64,000 nt of DNA from Curvularia clavata (Eukaryota), in assembly GCA_023920165.1 (NCBI GenBank), contig CP089276.1:124001-188000 (forward strand), read 5' to 3'. The notes below the pieces were generated by a model. It saw nothing but the letters and a program-made list of their open reading frames with translations. It did no database searches and was not told where the DNA came from. This document shows, one piece after another, positions 63,367-64,000 of the stretch (the stretch's first letter is position 1; the number at the start of each line of letters is the position of its first letter). Made by a program: the position numbers and the translations under genes.

Positions 63367-64000
63367 ATGGCTGCATCATCTTCATTAAAGTACATTGATG
63401 TTGGTCTGCATCCCACTCACCTGCCCCTCCAAACTTCTAACCACTAGCTTTAGATTGGCATCAATTTCACCGATCCAATTTTCCGGGGTGAATATCACGG
63501 TACCCAGCGCCACGAGAATGACTTTGAAGACATTATTCAACGAGCTCTCGACGCTGGCTGCAAGAAGTTCATGGTGACGGGTTCTGATCTCGAGGAATCA
63601 AAGCACGCTATCGAAATAGCAAAAGCGCATCCAGGGCTTTGCTATGCGACTGTAGGCGTACACCCTTGCTCTGCGAAGCACTTTGATAAGCATCCCGGTG
63701 GCCCGTCTGAGCTTCTATCTGCGCTCAAAATTTTGGCCATTGAAGCCAAGGAAGCAGGCCACGCGGTTGCTTTCGGGGAAATAGGACTCGACTACGACCG
63801 GCTTTTCCTAACGGCAAAGGAACCACAGCTGAAGTACTTTGAAGCGCAACTAGAGATTGCTGTTGAAGTGCAGTTGCCACTCTTCCTCCATTCGCGTGCT
63901 GCGAGCGAAGACTTTGAAAGGCTGTTGACTGCGAAGCTTGACCAACTACCGAAAAGAGGTCTTGTGCACAGCTTCACTGGAACATTGGAAGAGATGCAAC
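63367..64000 (+). CDS. TatD-family DNase, 3'-truncated by window end (intron 63400-63453)
   Basis: KYID|IGINFTDPIFRGEYHG, ATVGVHPC, VAFGEIGLDYDRL, LPLFLHSRAA, GLVHSFTG. Confidence 0.92.

Overview
Eukaryotic, intron-containing DNA from a filamentous ascomycete; gene content and TE termini suggest Dothideomycetes/Pleosporales (inference). The backbone is conserved housekeeping genes: SPX-VTC protein, GUT2, PNK1, MED18, KGD4/YMR31, a Tcp11/Sok1-like protein, YVH1, a C2H2 transcription factor, VFA1 and TatD. Accessory-looking islands interrupt it. (i) 9-13.6 kb: a heme-thiolate peroxidase apparently lacking the canonical catalytic Glu, plus a HeLo-like N-terminal/ankyrin gene. (ii) 33.9-37.2 kb: a Zn2Cys6-ankyrin fusion visible only after splicing, divergent from a single-TM microprotein across an array of a composite ATTGG-N3-TCGCA-N5-TCGCA element; this is the best candidate for something undescribed. 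(iii) 53.9-61 kb: nested RIP-affected pogo-type TIRs and a solo LTR, an intact 8-Cys secreted effector candidate with clustered PacC-consensus sites, relics of a subgroup-C chitinase/LysM pair, and an ankyrin-RGG protein. All gene models were spliced by hand from GT-AG signals; no database searches were run.
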